From Candidatus Onthocola stercoravium (lineage in GTDB: Bacteria; Bacillota_I; Bacilli_A; RF39; UBA660), in the NCBI GenBank assembly GCA_018711775.1, contig DVHV01000059.1, positions 1-32,197 on the forward strand: 32,197 nucleotides of DNA, in the 5' to 3' direction. The notes beneath the pieces are model-generated. The model was not told where the DNA came from. It made no database searches and was given only the letters and a program-made list of their open reading frames with translations. A program made the translations under genes and the position numbers. This document shows positions 1-8,883 of this stretch, piece after piece; position 1 is the first letter of the stretch; each line of letters begins with the position of its first letter.

Positions 1-2
1 AT

Positions 3-263
3 ATTTTCGATGATTCATTCTCAGCTCTAGATTATAAAACCGACTTTACTTTAAGAAAAGAATTAAAAGAACATACCAAAGATGCTACAACGTTTATTGT
101 TGCGCAAAGAATTGGTACAATCATGAATGCTGATAAGATTATTGTTCTTGATCAAGGTTCATGTGTGGGAATGGGAACACATGAAGAGTTATTAAAAACT
201 TGTGATGTGTATAAAGAAATAGCCCTTTCCCAACTTAGTGAGGAGGAACTTAATAATGCCTAG
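3..263 (+). CDS. ABC exporter ATP-binding/permease subunit, C-terminal fragment (5' end lies outside the window)
   Basis: Frame 3 reads IFDDSFSALDYKTDFTLRKELKEHTKDATTFIVAQRIGTIMNADKIIVLDQGSCVGMGTHEELL...NNA*, which is the Walker B/D-loop and H-loop (Q for H) region of an ABC NBD. The TAG stop at 261-263 overlaps the start of the next ABC gene, the layout of a heterodimeric exporter pair. Confidence 0.85.
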   Translation: MFDDSFSALDYKTDFTLRKELKEHTKDATTFIVAQRIGTIMNADKIIVLDQGSCVGMGTHEELLKTCDVYKEIALSQLSEEELNNA

Positions 264-2226
264 ACCAATGGGAGGAAAAGGTGGCCAATCTTTCGAACAA
301 GCTAAAGACTTCCGTGGGGCCATGAAAAAATTAGTACATTATTTAAATAGATTTCATAAATTGTTAGTTATAGCCTTTGTTCTTGCAGCAGTAAGTGCCG
401 TGCTTTCAATTATTGCTCCGGATCGACTAAGTGATATGACTGATCTTATTTCTGATGGTTTAGTTCCAAATATCAGTGAGTCTACTGTTACAGAAATAAT
501 GTCAGATCCAGACATATCTACTGAAGATAAAATGGAATTTGCTTCCATTATGAGTGGCATAACTGAGGATAGCACGTCAAGTGAAATATTCGCAGCAATC
601 GATGAAATGCCTGAAAGTATCCAAGAAATTGTTAAACCTCGTATGGATTTTGCTGCCATCAAATCAATTGCCGTATTCTTAGCAATTGTCTATGTTGCTA
701 GTGCTATATTTAGTTTCTTCCAACATTTCATTATGGCAACAGTATCCAACAATTTTGCTAAAGAACTTCGTAGCAAAATCATAACTAAGATTAATAAATT
801 ACCACTTAGATACTTTGACCGTAACTCAACTGGTGATATCTTATCACGTGTAACTAACGATGTTGATACAGTGGCCCAAACAATGTCTCAAAGTATTGGT
901 TCTCTAGTTGGAGCAATTACCTTAGTAATTGGTAGTGTCTTAATGATGTTTGTTACCAATTGGATTCTTGCCTTATGTGCAATTGTATCTAGTTTACTAG
1001 GTTTCTCAATTATGGCTATCATCTTGAAAAAATCTCAAAAATATTTCGTTGAACGTCAAGAAGAACTTGGTAATATGAATGGTCATATTGAAGAAATTTA
1101 CTCAGGTCATAATGTCGTAAAAGTTTACAATGGTAAAAGAGAATCAGATGAAAAATTTGATAAATTAAATGATAAAGTATTTAATGCTATTCGTAAGAGT
1201 CAATTCTTATCTGGTCTTATGCAACCTATAATGATGTTCATTGGTAACTTCAGTTATGTAGTTGTCTGTGTTGTTGGAGCAGTATTAGTAACAAATAATG
1301 TTATTTCATTCGGAGTAATCGTTGCTTTCATTGTATATGTTAGATTATTTACTAATCCATTATCACAAATTGCTCAAGCCATGACATCTTTGCAATCTGC
1401 AGCAGCAGCATCTGAAAGAATATTTGAATTCTTAGAAGAGCCAGAAATGAGTGACGAATCTAAATTAACTAAAGTTCTTAATAGAGAAGAAGTTAAAGGA
1501 AATGTTGAATTTGACCATGTTAAATTTGGTTATGATGAATCACGAATGATTATTAAAGACTTTTCTGCTAAAGTTAAACCAGGACAAAAGATTGCTATCG
1601 TTGGTCCAACTGGTGCTGGAAAAACAACCATGGTTAATCTTCTCATGAAATTCTATGAAATAAATTCTGGGGATATTAAAATCGATGGTGTATCAATTAA
1701 TGAACTAAAAAGAGAAAATATCCACGAGTTATTCACAATGGTTTTACAAGATACTTGGTTATTCGGTGGAACAATTAGAGAAAATATTGTTTATAATCAA
1801 GAAAATATATCTGATTACGAAATGAAGCAAGTTTGTAAAGTTGTTGGAGTAGACCATTTCATTAAATCTCTGCCAAATTCTTATGATACCTTAATTGAAG
1901 ACAATGATTCTATTTCTTCTGGTCAAAAACAACTTATCACAATTGCCCGTGGTATGCTTGATAAAGCTCCATTCTTAATTCTGGATGAAGCAACCAGTAA
2001 TGTCGATACTCGTACTGAAGAATTAGTTCAAAAGGCTATGGATAAACTTATGGAGGGTAAAACATCATTTATCATTGCCCACAGATTATCCACAATTAAA
2101 AATGCTGACTTAATTCTAGTCATGAATGAAGGAAACATTATTGAACAAGGTAACCACGAAGAACTTATGAAACAAAATGGATTCTATGCTAACCTTTATA
2201 ATTCCCAATTTGAAAAGGTTAGTTAA
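256..2226 (+). CDS. ABC exporter fused permease/ATP-binding subunit (second half of a heterodimeric multidrug-type exporter)
   Basis: The tracked ORF spans 238-2226. The preferred start is ATG 256, 9 nt after AGGAGG (241-246). An N-terminal TM domain is followed by an NBD with Walker A GPTGAGKTT, signature SSGQKQ, Walker B FLILDEATS and H-loop IAHRLS. Confidence 0.9.
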   Translation: MPRPMGGKGGQSFEQAKDFRGAMKKLVHYLNRFHKLLVIAFVLAAVSAVLSIIAPDRLSDMTDLISDGLVPNISESTVTEIMSDPDISTEDKMEFASIMSGITEDSTSSEIFAAIDEMPESIQEIVKPRMDFAAIKSIAVFLAIVYVASAIFSFFQHFIMATVSNNFAKELRSKIITKINKLPLRYFDRNSTGDILSRVTNDVDTVAQTMSQSIGSLVGAITLVIGSVLMMFVTNWILALCAIVSSLLGFSIMAIILKKSQKYFVERQEELGNMNGHIEEIYSGHNVVKVYNGKRESDEKFDKLNDKVFNAIRKSQFLSGLMQPIMMFIGNFSYVVVCVVGAVLVTNNVISFGVIVAFIVYVRLFTNPLSQIAQAMTSLQSAAAASERIFEFLEEPEMSDESKLTKVLNREEVKGNVEFDHVKFGYDESRMIIKDFSAKVKPGQKIAIVGPTGAGKTTMVNLLMKFYEINSGDIKIDGVSINELKRENIHELFTMVLQDTWLFGGTIRENIVYNQENISDYEMKQVCKVVGVDHFIKSLPNSYDTLIEDNDSISSGQKQLITIARGMLDKAPFLILDEATSNVDTRTEELVQKAMDKLMEGKTSFIIAHRLSTIKNADLILVMNEGNIIEQGNHEELMKQNGFYANLYNSQFEKVS

Positions 2227-2257
2227 GGAAGTGGACAAACATCGCTTCCTTTTTTTT
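2225..2257 (+). terminator. Rho-independent terminator after the ABC pair
   Basis: GGAAGTG (2227-2233) pairs with CGCTTCC (2243-2249), including one G-U pair. The loop is 9 nt and a run of 8 T follows. Confidence 0.75.
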
Positions 2258-2290
2258 ATGCCACCATATTATATAGTGGAGGCGAATTTT

Positions 2291-2584
2291 ATGAATATAG
2301 AAATTATTATGAGTTTAGTAACAATTGTTGTAACTTTTATTTTAGGGCTAATCGCCAAAAAAGCAACTTGGATTTCCGATCATATAATACCTATTCAAAA
2401 TTTAATCATCGGTATAGTTGTTGCTGTTATATACTATTTTATGACTAAAGATGTTTCAGTTACTATTGCTATGTCTGGTATCATCGCCGGCGGAACTTAT
2501 GATATAGTTAAAAATTTAAAAGCTCTTACAGATAATACCCAAGATAGTGAAGAAGTTGTTGATAAAGATGGGAGTGTTGGCTAA
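2291..2584 (+). CDS. Phage-type holin (A118/Hol118-like small membrane protein)
   Basis: ATG 2291 follows GTGGAGG. The 97-aa product has 2-3 TM segments. The layout IAKKATWISDHIIPIQNLIIGIVVA ... GIIAGGTYDIVKNL followed by an acidic tail resembles Listeria phage A118-type holins. Its TAA stop overlaps the ATG of the downstream lysin (TAATG at 2582-2586). Confidence 0.6.
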   Translation: MNIEIIMSLVTIVVTFILGLIAKKATWISDHIIPIQNLIIGIVVAVIYYFMTKDVSVTIAMSGIIAGGTYDIVKNLKALTDNTQDSEEVVDKDGSVG

Positions 2585-3534
2585 TGAATTATTTAATTTA
2601 TCCAATTAAAATTATGAACATAACTCAAACATATAAAAATGATTTTTCTCATTCAAGACATACTGTTGGCACACCCAAAGACTATCCGATTGATGACAAC
2701 TGTGGAGCTACTGGACCAAATGGTTACTTTTATTGTCCTTGCGATGCCATGACTGTTAAAAAAATATATGGTATTGGCAGTAGTTCTTCTAATGTTTTAT
2801 GGCTTGAATCGACTACTCCTGTTATTACACCAACATTCACTGATTATGTCACCATTATGATAGGTCATATCGAAGACGCAGAACTAAATAAACTTAAAAT
2901 CGGTCAAACATTTACTAGGAAAGAACCAATTGCTATCGAAGGCAAAGATGGTTTTGCTACCGGAGAACACTTTCATATCGTTGTTGGCCGAGGAAAATTT
3001 AAAGGATCAGGCTGGGTAAAAAATACTAATGATATTTGGGTTATCAATACCACTGGTGGGTCAGTTAAGCCAGAAGATGCTTTTTTCATCGATAATACAT
3101 TTACTACGATTAAAAATAGTGCAGGTCTTAACTTCTTAGATTTATATATCCCTAATATTGAAGAAGATGATTATTACTATACAACTGCAGAATCCCTAAA
3201 TATTCGTTTAGGACCAGGAACAAATTATAATGCCATAAATACTCTTCCTAAAAATAGTCGCATTAAAGTTCGTGAATTTATTAATAACTGGGCTAGAATC
3301 ACAGATAAAGAATATGTTGCTAAAAATTATGTAACCAAAAAAGCACCTAGCAAATATTATGAAACTAAATCGACAACTGCAGATTTTCTCAATGTTCGTA
3401 GTAAACCTGCTGGAACCATCCTTAAAGTTAAAGCACCACTACCTAAAGGAACAACGGTGGCAGTAATGGAAGAAAAAAATGGTTGGACCAAAATTAATAC
3501 TAATCGTTGGGTATATTCTTCATATGTAAAGTAA
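2584..3534 (+). CDS. M23-family metallopeptidase with two C-terminal SH3 (SH3_3-like) cell-wall-binding domains; endolysin-like
   Basis: It carries the M23 hallmark block GHIED...LKIGQTFTRKEPIAIEGKDGFATGEHFHIVV (HxH motif). Two repeats follow, of the form ...LNIRLGPGTNYNAINTLPKNSRIKV... and ...LNVRSKPAGTILKVKAPLPKGTTVAV...W. There is no signal peptide, and the gene is coupled to the upstream holin. Confidence 0.75.
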   Translation: MNYLIYPIKIMNITQTYKNDFSHSRHTVGTPKDYPIDDNCGATGPNGYFYCPCDAMTVKKIYGIGSSSSNVLWLESTTPVITPTFTDYVTIMIGHIEDAELNKLKIGQTFTRKEPIAIEGKDGFATGEHFHIVVGRGKFKGSGWVKNTNDIWVINTTGGSVKPEDAFFIDNTFTTIKNSAGLNFLDLYIPNIEEDDYYYTTAESLNIRLGPGTNYNAINTLPKNSRIKVREFINNWARITDKEYVAKNYVTKKAPSKYYETKSTTADFLNVRSKPAGTILKVKAPLPKGTTVAVMEEKNGWTKINTNRWVYSSYVK

Positions 3535-3582
3535 TATTGCTAAACTTAATAATTTATTATAAAATATAACTAGGTGATGAAC

Positions 3583-4032
3583 ATGGGAAATGTATACAAT
3601 TTAGCCTTAAATTTTAAAAGAAAGCATCCAGGAGGAATTGCCTGGCGTTTAAAAAAACATTGTGAAGTAGTAGAAAAGCATTTGAATCCTGGTGAAAAAG
3701 TTCTTTTTGCTTTTGCTGGACAAAAAAACACTAAATTTTATGAACCATTTTTTAGTTGTGTTGTGGTCCTTACTAACAAAAGAATTCTAATTGGGCAAAA
3801 AAGAGTAGTATGGGGTTATTTTTTAAGCTCTATTACTCCAGATTTATATAACGACTTACTTGTTTATCAAGGTCTTGTATGGGGTAAAGTTACTATAGAT
3901 ACTGCAAAAGAAAAGGTAGATATTTCTAATTTGCCAAAAACAGGTTTGGATGAAATTGAAACAAATATTTCAGAATTAATGATGAGTGAAAAACAAAAAT
4001 ATGCTCATCCAGAAACGGCTAACAAAGTATGA
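3583..4032 (+). CDS. Bacterial PH-domain (YokE/bPH-like) protein
   Basis: The ORF spans 3574-4032. The preferred start is ATG 3583, 5 nt after AGGTGA. The pattern GEKVLFAFAGQ...VVVLTNKRILIGQKR...G.VTIDT is typical of bacterial PH-like domains. This assignment is motif-level only. Confidence 0.5.
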   Translation: MGNVYNLALNFKRKHPGGIAWRLKKHCEVVEKHLNPGEKVLFAFAGQKNTKFYEPFFSCVVVLTNKRILIGQKRVVWGYFLSSITPDLYNDLLVYQGLVWGKVTIDTAKEKVDISNLPKTGLDEIETNISELMMSEKQKYAHPETANKV

Positions 4033-5096
4033 AAAAACATGTAGTACTAGTAGTTGCTTTAATTGTTTTATTTAGTATTTTTATTTATTTTTACTTGCGT
4101 AAATCAAGTTATGAACTAGAATATAATATTGATGATTTAACCGTAACTGAAAGTTACAATAAGGATAAAAATGCTTACTATTTTAGCATTGATTATGATA
4201 ATAAAACTTACGAATTAATATCCTTAGATAAATATACTAACAAACGTAAATTAATTGATGATATTAAAGTAACCCAAAATGAGGATGAAACCTGTCTTGA
4301 GTTTACAACAACAGATGTCAATCTTTATAATATTTGTTCTGATAACGACAGTTACTACGTTGAAAATATCGACGATAAATCAACATTTACATCCAAAGAT
4401 TCTTATAAAAATATCAATATCGGAGCTTTAGATGATAAAACATATTTACTTTGGAATTATCATGATTTTATATATTTAAATAACGATTCTCGAGAAACTA
4501 TAAAATTATTTTCCAAAGATATTTATAATTTATCTTTAATCTATGCTTTTGAAAACTACTTATTAGTTCCTGATTATGAACAAGATTATATTTTTGATAA
4601 ATTATATGTTATTAACACAAATAATGCTAAAATATCTAATATCGATTTAAGATTTGAAGTTTACTTTAATAGTTACTTCCTTGGCAATGATAAAAATAAC
4701 GTTTATTTATATGATTTAAAAGAAAATCAAGAGTTTTATATTGACTTAGATAAAAAAGAAATATATAAAGCAAGTAGTGAAATCTTAGTTAATGGCGACT
4801 GGGAAAATGTAAGTAATCAAACTTTCCAAAAAGAAAAACCAACATTTAGTAAAGAAAAAAATTTAGATGTTGTTTTTGAAGATGATAAGCTTTATATGAA
4901 AGTTCCTGATGGAAAAACCAATGTTTTAATTACTAATCGTAATGTATCTGAATTAGTCAAAGTTGATGGTTTAAATATATATTATATTTCCGAAGATATA
5001 TTATATAAATATAATCCTTTTGATGGTGAACAGGCTTTGCTTAAATATTCTGAATGGAATTTTAATCATCAAAAAATGGTCTTTATATTTGATTAA
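4029..5096 (+). CDS. Membrane-anchored hypothetical protein (N-terminal TM helix, Asn/Tyr/Asp-rich ectodomain)
   Basis: A long ORF with ATGA stop/start overlap with the upstream gene. The single N-terminal hydrophobic helix is VVLVVALIVLFSIFIYFYL. I recognised no catalytic motif. Confidence 0.6.
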   Translation: MKKHVVLVVALIVLFSIFIYFYLRKSSYELEYNIDDLTVTESYNKDKNAYYFSIDYDNKTYELISLDKYTNKRKLIDDIKVTQNEDETCLEFTTTDVNLYNICSDNDSYYVENIDDKSTFTSKDSYKNINIGALDDKTYLLWNYHDFIYLNNDSRETIKLFSKDIYNLSLIYAFENYLLVPDYEQDYIFDKLYVINTNNAKISNIDLRFEVYFNSYFLGNDKNNVYLYDLKENQEFYIDLDKKEIYKASSEILVNGDWENVSNQTFQKEKPTFSKEKNLDVVFEDDKLYMKVPDGKTNVLITNRNVSELVKVDGLNIYYISEDILYKYNPFDGEQALLKYSEWNFNHQKMVFIFD

Positions 5097-5139
5097 CCAA
5101 AATATATAAAATTCATATTTTATTATTAGGAGTGATAAA

Positions 5140-5589
5140 ATGTTTGATAAATATACGATAAAACCTAATGATAATTTGAAAGCCATTGCAAGTAAGTTTA
5201 ATACTAAACCAGAAGTATTAATGGATATAAATAATATTTATTTTCCTGATGAACTAAGAGTAGGTATGGAAATAATAGTACCTAAAAACAAAGAACAATA
5301 TTTCTCTGTTTATACGATTGAAGCAGGGGATTCTCTTTATAAAATTGCTCAAAAATATAATATAAATCCTACATTACTTGCTAGTTTAAATGGTTTAGAT
5401 ATGGATGATTATATTTATCCAAATCAACAAATACTTATTCCTAAGAGTGGATATAGCTATTATATAACTGCTGAAGGCGATACACTAGATACAGTAGCAA
5501 ATATGTTTAAAATATCTAAGATGGATCTCTTAAATCAAAATGAAACAATTTATCTATTAAAAGATCAAGTATTAGTTACTAAAAGATAA
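5140..5589 (+). CDS. LysM-repeat protein (three LysM peptidoglycan-binding modules, no signal peptide)
   Basis: The RBS is AGGAG. Three repeats are present: YTIKPNDNLKAIASKFNT...IIVP, YTIEAGDSLYKIAQKYNIN...ILIP and YITAEGDTLDTVANMFKIS...VLV. Confidence 0.8.
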   Translation: MFDKYTIKPNDNLKAIASKFNTKPEVLMDINNIYFPDELRVGMEIIVPKNKEQYFSVYTIEAGDSLYKIAQKYNINPTLLASLNGLDMDDYIYPNQQILIPKSGYSYYITAEGDTLDTVANMFKISKMDLLNQNETIYLLKDQVLVTKR

Positions 5590-5624
5590 AAATATGGTCT
5601 ATGCATCATATTTTTTTCTTATAA

Positions 5625-5768
5625 AAAATAGCATACTTTTTTGAAAAAAATAAGAAATTGCATACAAGTTGGGAATGCCCAAAGTATGGTTCGTTATATA
5701 ATCGAGATATTAATGCTAGTGAAAATATAATGTTTGAGGGTTTAAAAATTTCCTTAAATAGTTTATAA
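5625..5768 (+). pseudogene. Fossil 3' end of an IS200/IS605-family tnpB (OrfB zinc-ribbon C-terminus)
   Basis: The frame through 5670 reads ...KKLHTSWECPKYGSLYNRDINASENIMFEGLKISLNSL*. This matches the TnpB C-terminal pattern C-P-x-C-G-x(3)-[DN]-R-D-x-N-A-[AS]-x-N-I, with the second Cys decayed to Tyr. An in-frame stop lies just upstream at 5622-5624, and no RuvC-domain coding sequence precedes it. Confidence 0.6.
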
Positions 5769-5880
5769 TTAAGTTAACCAAACAGAAATAGTAGATGATA
5801 TTCATTCTAAATTGATTTGCAAGTCCTAGCAGAGTGAATAAAAATTCTACTTTCTTGTATAAGGAAAAGGGTGCGATAGT

Positions 5881-7485
5881 ATGATTTTTAAAAAGCCATA
5901 TGGTTTCTTAATTAAACACTTTAGAATTATTCATATTATTATAACTTTACTTACCATTTATATTGCGTTTAATACTAGGAACATCCTCTCATTTTTTCGT
6001 CGTTTTATAAGTAATGGCTATTCAATTACTGTTGTTGATAATATGGCAGCGCAATATATTAATTGGACACTTTATATTGCAATCTTTTTAGCCTTAGCGA
6101 GCTTAATAATAGTATTTATTTTGTTGCGAATGAAGAAGAAGCCTAACAAAATGTATTTAGCAACAATAATTTATTATGTAATTTTGTTTATTGCCATTAT
6201 AATTGCAGCATATTTAATTAATGGTTTAAGTGATGGTTTGTGGTCAGCATCCTCAGCTAGAACATATCGAGATATAGCACAGTTAATATACTATCCTCAA
6301 TTTTTCTTTATAATAGTTATGGCATTAAGATCATTAGGTTTTAATGTTAAACAATTTGATTTTCAAAACGATTTAAAAGAATTAGAAATTACAGAAGCTG
6401 ATTCAGAAGAAGTTGAATTAAATATAAACTTTGAAACTTATAAAGCAGAAAGGTTTATTCGTCGTTTTATTCGAGAATTTTATTATTATTACTTAGAAAA
6501 TAAAATAATAGTTAATATCATCTTTGGTGTAGTTGTAATTATAACAGTATTTCTAGCAGTAAAAAGTTATGAAAAAATTAAATACACTTATGATGAAGGA
6601 GAAAATTTTTATTACAATGGTTTTAGTATAAATGTAAAAGATAGTATTTTAACTAATGTTGATGAAAATGGCGATGTAATAGTTGATGGAAAATATTATT
6701 TAATATTAAAATTAGAAATAACAAATAATGGTATAAATAATGCTTATTTAAATTATGATAATTTAAAAATATACTTTGGAAATGATTATATAAATCCTTC
6801 TCTTGATATTGGGAACCATTTTATCGATTATGGTGATCCGTTTATGAATGATAGATTTGACCCAGGAGAAACATATACGTATATTGTTCCATACATTTTA
6901 AATAAAAACCAAGTATCAAACAATTATCGTTTAACAATTTATACTGGTCCAGCTCAAAAATCACGAAGTTTTTTAGCGGTAACTATAAACGTTAACCTTA
7001 AGCCTTCAAAATTTATGGATCAAGAAGTTGTAAGAGAAGCAAAGGTAAACGAAAATGTCTCATTTTCAAGTACATTTTTAAATCAAACATCAATTAATAT
7101 TCCTACTGCAGAAATATCCGGTAGATATGAATATCAATATGAAAGTTGCTATCGTGATAACTGCCGAAATTATACTGGTTTAGTTTTAGCTGGATCAGGT
7201 ACACAGTCTAACAGAACGTTAGTTATATTAGATTATGATTTTATAATGGATACGACAACAGATGCTTATAGCAACATTAAAACAATATCCGACTTTGCAA
7301 ATGCTTTTATGACTGTTGAATATGTTAAATTAAATAATACTTATGAACAGTCTTTTAGAAATGTAACACCATCAAGAGTTAAGGATAAGTTGATTTTAGA
7401 AACAACCAATGAAATCGAAACTGCTCAAGAAGTAAACTTATTAATAACAATTCGTAATAGATGTTATAAAATAAGAATAAAATAA
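5881..7485 (+). CDS. Polytopic membrane protein with a large C-terminal extracytoplasmic domain (hypothetical)
   Basis: A 534-aa ORF with about 5 TM helices in the first 230 aa. The beta-rich domain that follows (KYYLILKLEITNNG...) is reminiscent of DUF4352-type folds. The function is unknown. Confidence 0.6.
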   Translation: MIFKKPYGFLIKHFRIIHIIITLLTIYIAFNTRNILSFFRRFISNGYSITVVDNMAAQYINWTLYIAIFLALASLIIVFILLRMKKKPNKMYLATIIYYVILFIAIIIAAYLINGLSDGLWSASSARTYRDIAQLIYYPQFFFIIVMALRSLGFNVKQFDFQNDLKELEITEADSEEVELNINFETYKAERFIRRFIREFYYYYLENKIIVNIIFGVVVIITVFLAVKSYEKIKYTYDEGENFYYNGFSINVKDSILTNVDENGDVIVDGKYYLILKLEITNNGINNAYLNYDNLKIYFGNDYINPSLDIGNHFIDYGDPFMNDRFDPGETYTYIVPYILNKNQVSNNYRLTIYTGPAQKSRSFLAVTINVNLKPSKFMDQEVVREAKVNENVSFSSTFLNQTSINIPTAEISGRYEYQYESCYRDNCRNYTGLVLAGSGTQSNRTLVILDYDFIMDTTTDAYSNIKTISDFANAFMTVEYVKLNNTYEQSFRNVTPSRVKDKLILETTNEIETAQEVNLLITIRNRCYKIRIK

Positions 7486-7505
7486 AAATCCCAATTGGGA
7501 TTTTT
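7484..7505 (+). terminator. Rho-independent terminator
   Basis: A perfect palindrome, AAAAATCCCA AT TGGGATTTTT, lies immediately after the stop codon. Confidence 0.8.
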
Positions 7506-7696
7506 AATTATGGAATTTCATTGTTTACTATAATTCATTTATCAACTAAGAAGGAATAAATTTTGCTTATTTAAAATTATAAAAAACATTTATACTAATT
7601 GAACGAATAAGAATACTAAACTTGTTTGATTTTGTTCAAAAATATCATAATTATCTTCTTTTTATCATAAATTTTAATATAAATGATTTACACTAA

Positions 7697-7725
7697 TTGA
7701 CAAAAATAAAACATTAGTGTAGAAT
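7697..7725 (+). promoter_or_regulatory. Sigma-A-type promoter for tRNA-Cys
   Basis: TTGACA (7697-7702), a 17-nt spacer, then TAGAAT (7720-7725), about 38 nt upstream of the tRNA. It is flanked by the 7-bp inverted repeat CACTAAT...ATTAGTG. Confidence 0.6.
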
Positions 7726-7762
7726 TATATATACGTGAATTAATTATTATTCAATTATATAT

Positions 7763-7837
7763 GGAACCGTAGCCAAGTGGCTAAGGCGTAGGTCTGCAAC
7801 ACCTTGATCGCCGGTTCAAATCCGGCCGGTTCCTCCA
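7763..7837 (+). tRNA. tRNA-Cys: tRNA-Cys (anticodon GCA)
   Basis: A 75-nt cloverleaf. The acceptor stem GGAACCG/CGGTTCC is perfect, the T arm is GCCGG-TTCAAAT-CCGGC, and the anticodon loop is CTGCAAC. The discriminator is U followed by an encoded CCA; U73 is the known CysRS identity element. Confidence 0.93.
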
Positions 7838-7851
7838 ATTTAAACAGAAAA

Positions 7852-7876
7852 AGAGTCAATTTGTTGGCTCTTTTAT
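7852..7876. terminator. Bidirectional hairpin terminator
   Basis: AGAGTCAA (7852-7859) pairs with TTGGCTCT (7864-7871) with one G-U pair. It has T-runs on both strands: TTTTATT on + and TTTTCTGTTT on -. Confidence 0.7.
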
Positions 7877-8011
7877 TATGTTAAAAATTCCAAAATCACT
7901 TAAATTGTTCATATATAGATGCTATTTATATTCATCACTTGCATAAAAAGTAAATAAACTAAATGATATAAAAAGAATTGTTAGTAACATTATTATTTTA
8001 ATAAGCATTTA

Positions 8012-8519
8012 TTAGAAATTTAATATATTTAACTTTTGACACATCAAATCATATCCGGTAATTAATTTTGAAAATGTAAATATTCTTTTTTTCCCGACAT
8101 AAACTTTTATTTCTCCATCATTACCTAGACCATTTTTTACTTTTGTTATATCCGACATTTTGTATTCTTTTTCCTTTTGAAGAAAATGTTTAACTTTAAT
8201 TGAATCGTTACAAATAGATATACTAATATAATTTAAAATAAGACCAAAAACTAAAAAGAATAAGGCTACACATACAAATATTGGATAAACAACATAAGGA
8301 TTACTATCTTTAACAATATATGGATATAGCCATATTGAAAAAACTATAATAAAATATGGCAAAAAAATACGAAGTTCTTATTAAAGCAGGAGAATATCTA
8401 ATTTCAAAATTGTTTATTGTCATATTTTTGTTTTGCTTTTTGGCACTTGATTTAACTAATGCAAATATAGCACTACAAACAGCAGCAGTAATAAATATAC
8501 TAATAGCATCTAAATCCAT
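8012..8519 (-). pseudogene. Frameshifted small membrane protein gene (3 TM helices plus a C-terminal PH-like domain)
   Basis: Tracked ORFs 8310-8519 (good RBS, GGAGG 8 nt upstream) and 8012-8362 overlap in different frames. Removing one base from the A7/T7 run at 8361-8367 joins them into a single 168-codon ORF (...RTSYF-LPYFIIVFSIW...). Confidence 0.6.
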
Positions 8520-8883
8520 AACTTAAACCTCCATACAATATTTTGATATCACTATAATATAAAATTTGAAAAAAGCAATATATTATTTGAAATGAGTTTT
8601 TATGAAATATACTGAAACTGAATATATAAAATTATGGAAAAAGATTAAGATAAAACATGCCATAGAGTTGGTAACTTTTGAGTTAGAATACAATATTAAA
8701 ACTCGAACTAAAACCAATTTGGATATTATAAAAAAGTCAAGAATATTTAAAAGAAAAATCGATTCTTAAAAATTAGTTAAATGTAATTCTCTCTATATAA
8801 GGATGTATTTTTTGAAAAATTTTGATTTAATTCATCACAAATCCGTCAAAAAAACAAAAGTGTTGAAAATAAAAAATAATCCC

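Noticed and set aside
354-662. A 102-aa ORF on the minus strand inside the ABC exporter gene
   Set aside because: It is entirely antisense to a well-supported CDS, has no RBS and has a low-complexity Ser/Ile composition. It is a shadow ORF.
2177-2290. A 38-codon N-terminal extension of the holin ORF, starting inside the ABC gene
   Set aside because: The extension runs through the ABC stop codon and its terminator hairpin. ATG 2291 has a proper GGAGG-type RBS.
5001-5186. A 61-aa minus-strand ORF bridging the 4029-5096 and LysM genes
   Set aside because: It is antisense to two CDS ends and to the LysM RBS. It is AT-rich and spurious.
8602-8769. A 55-codon plus-strand ORF (MKYTETEYIKLWKK...) in the tRNA-bracketed interval
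   Set aside because: It has no convincing SD and a Lys-rich, low-information sequence with no recognisable motif. I could not support it as a gene, though it remains possible.
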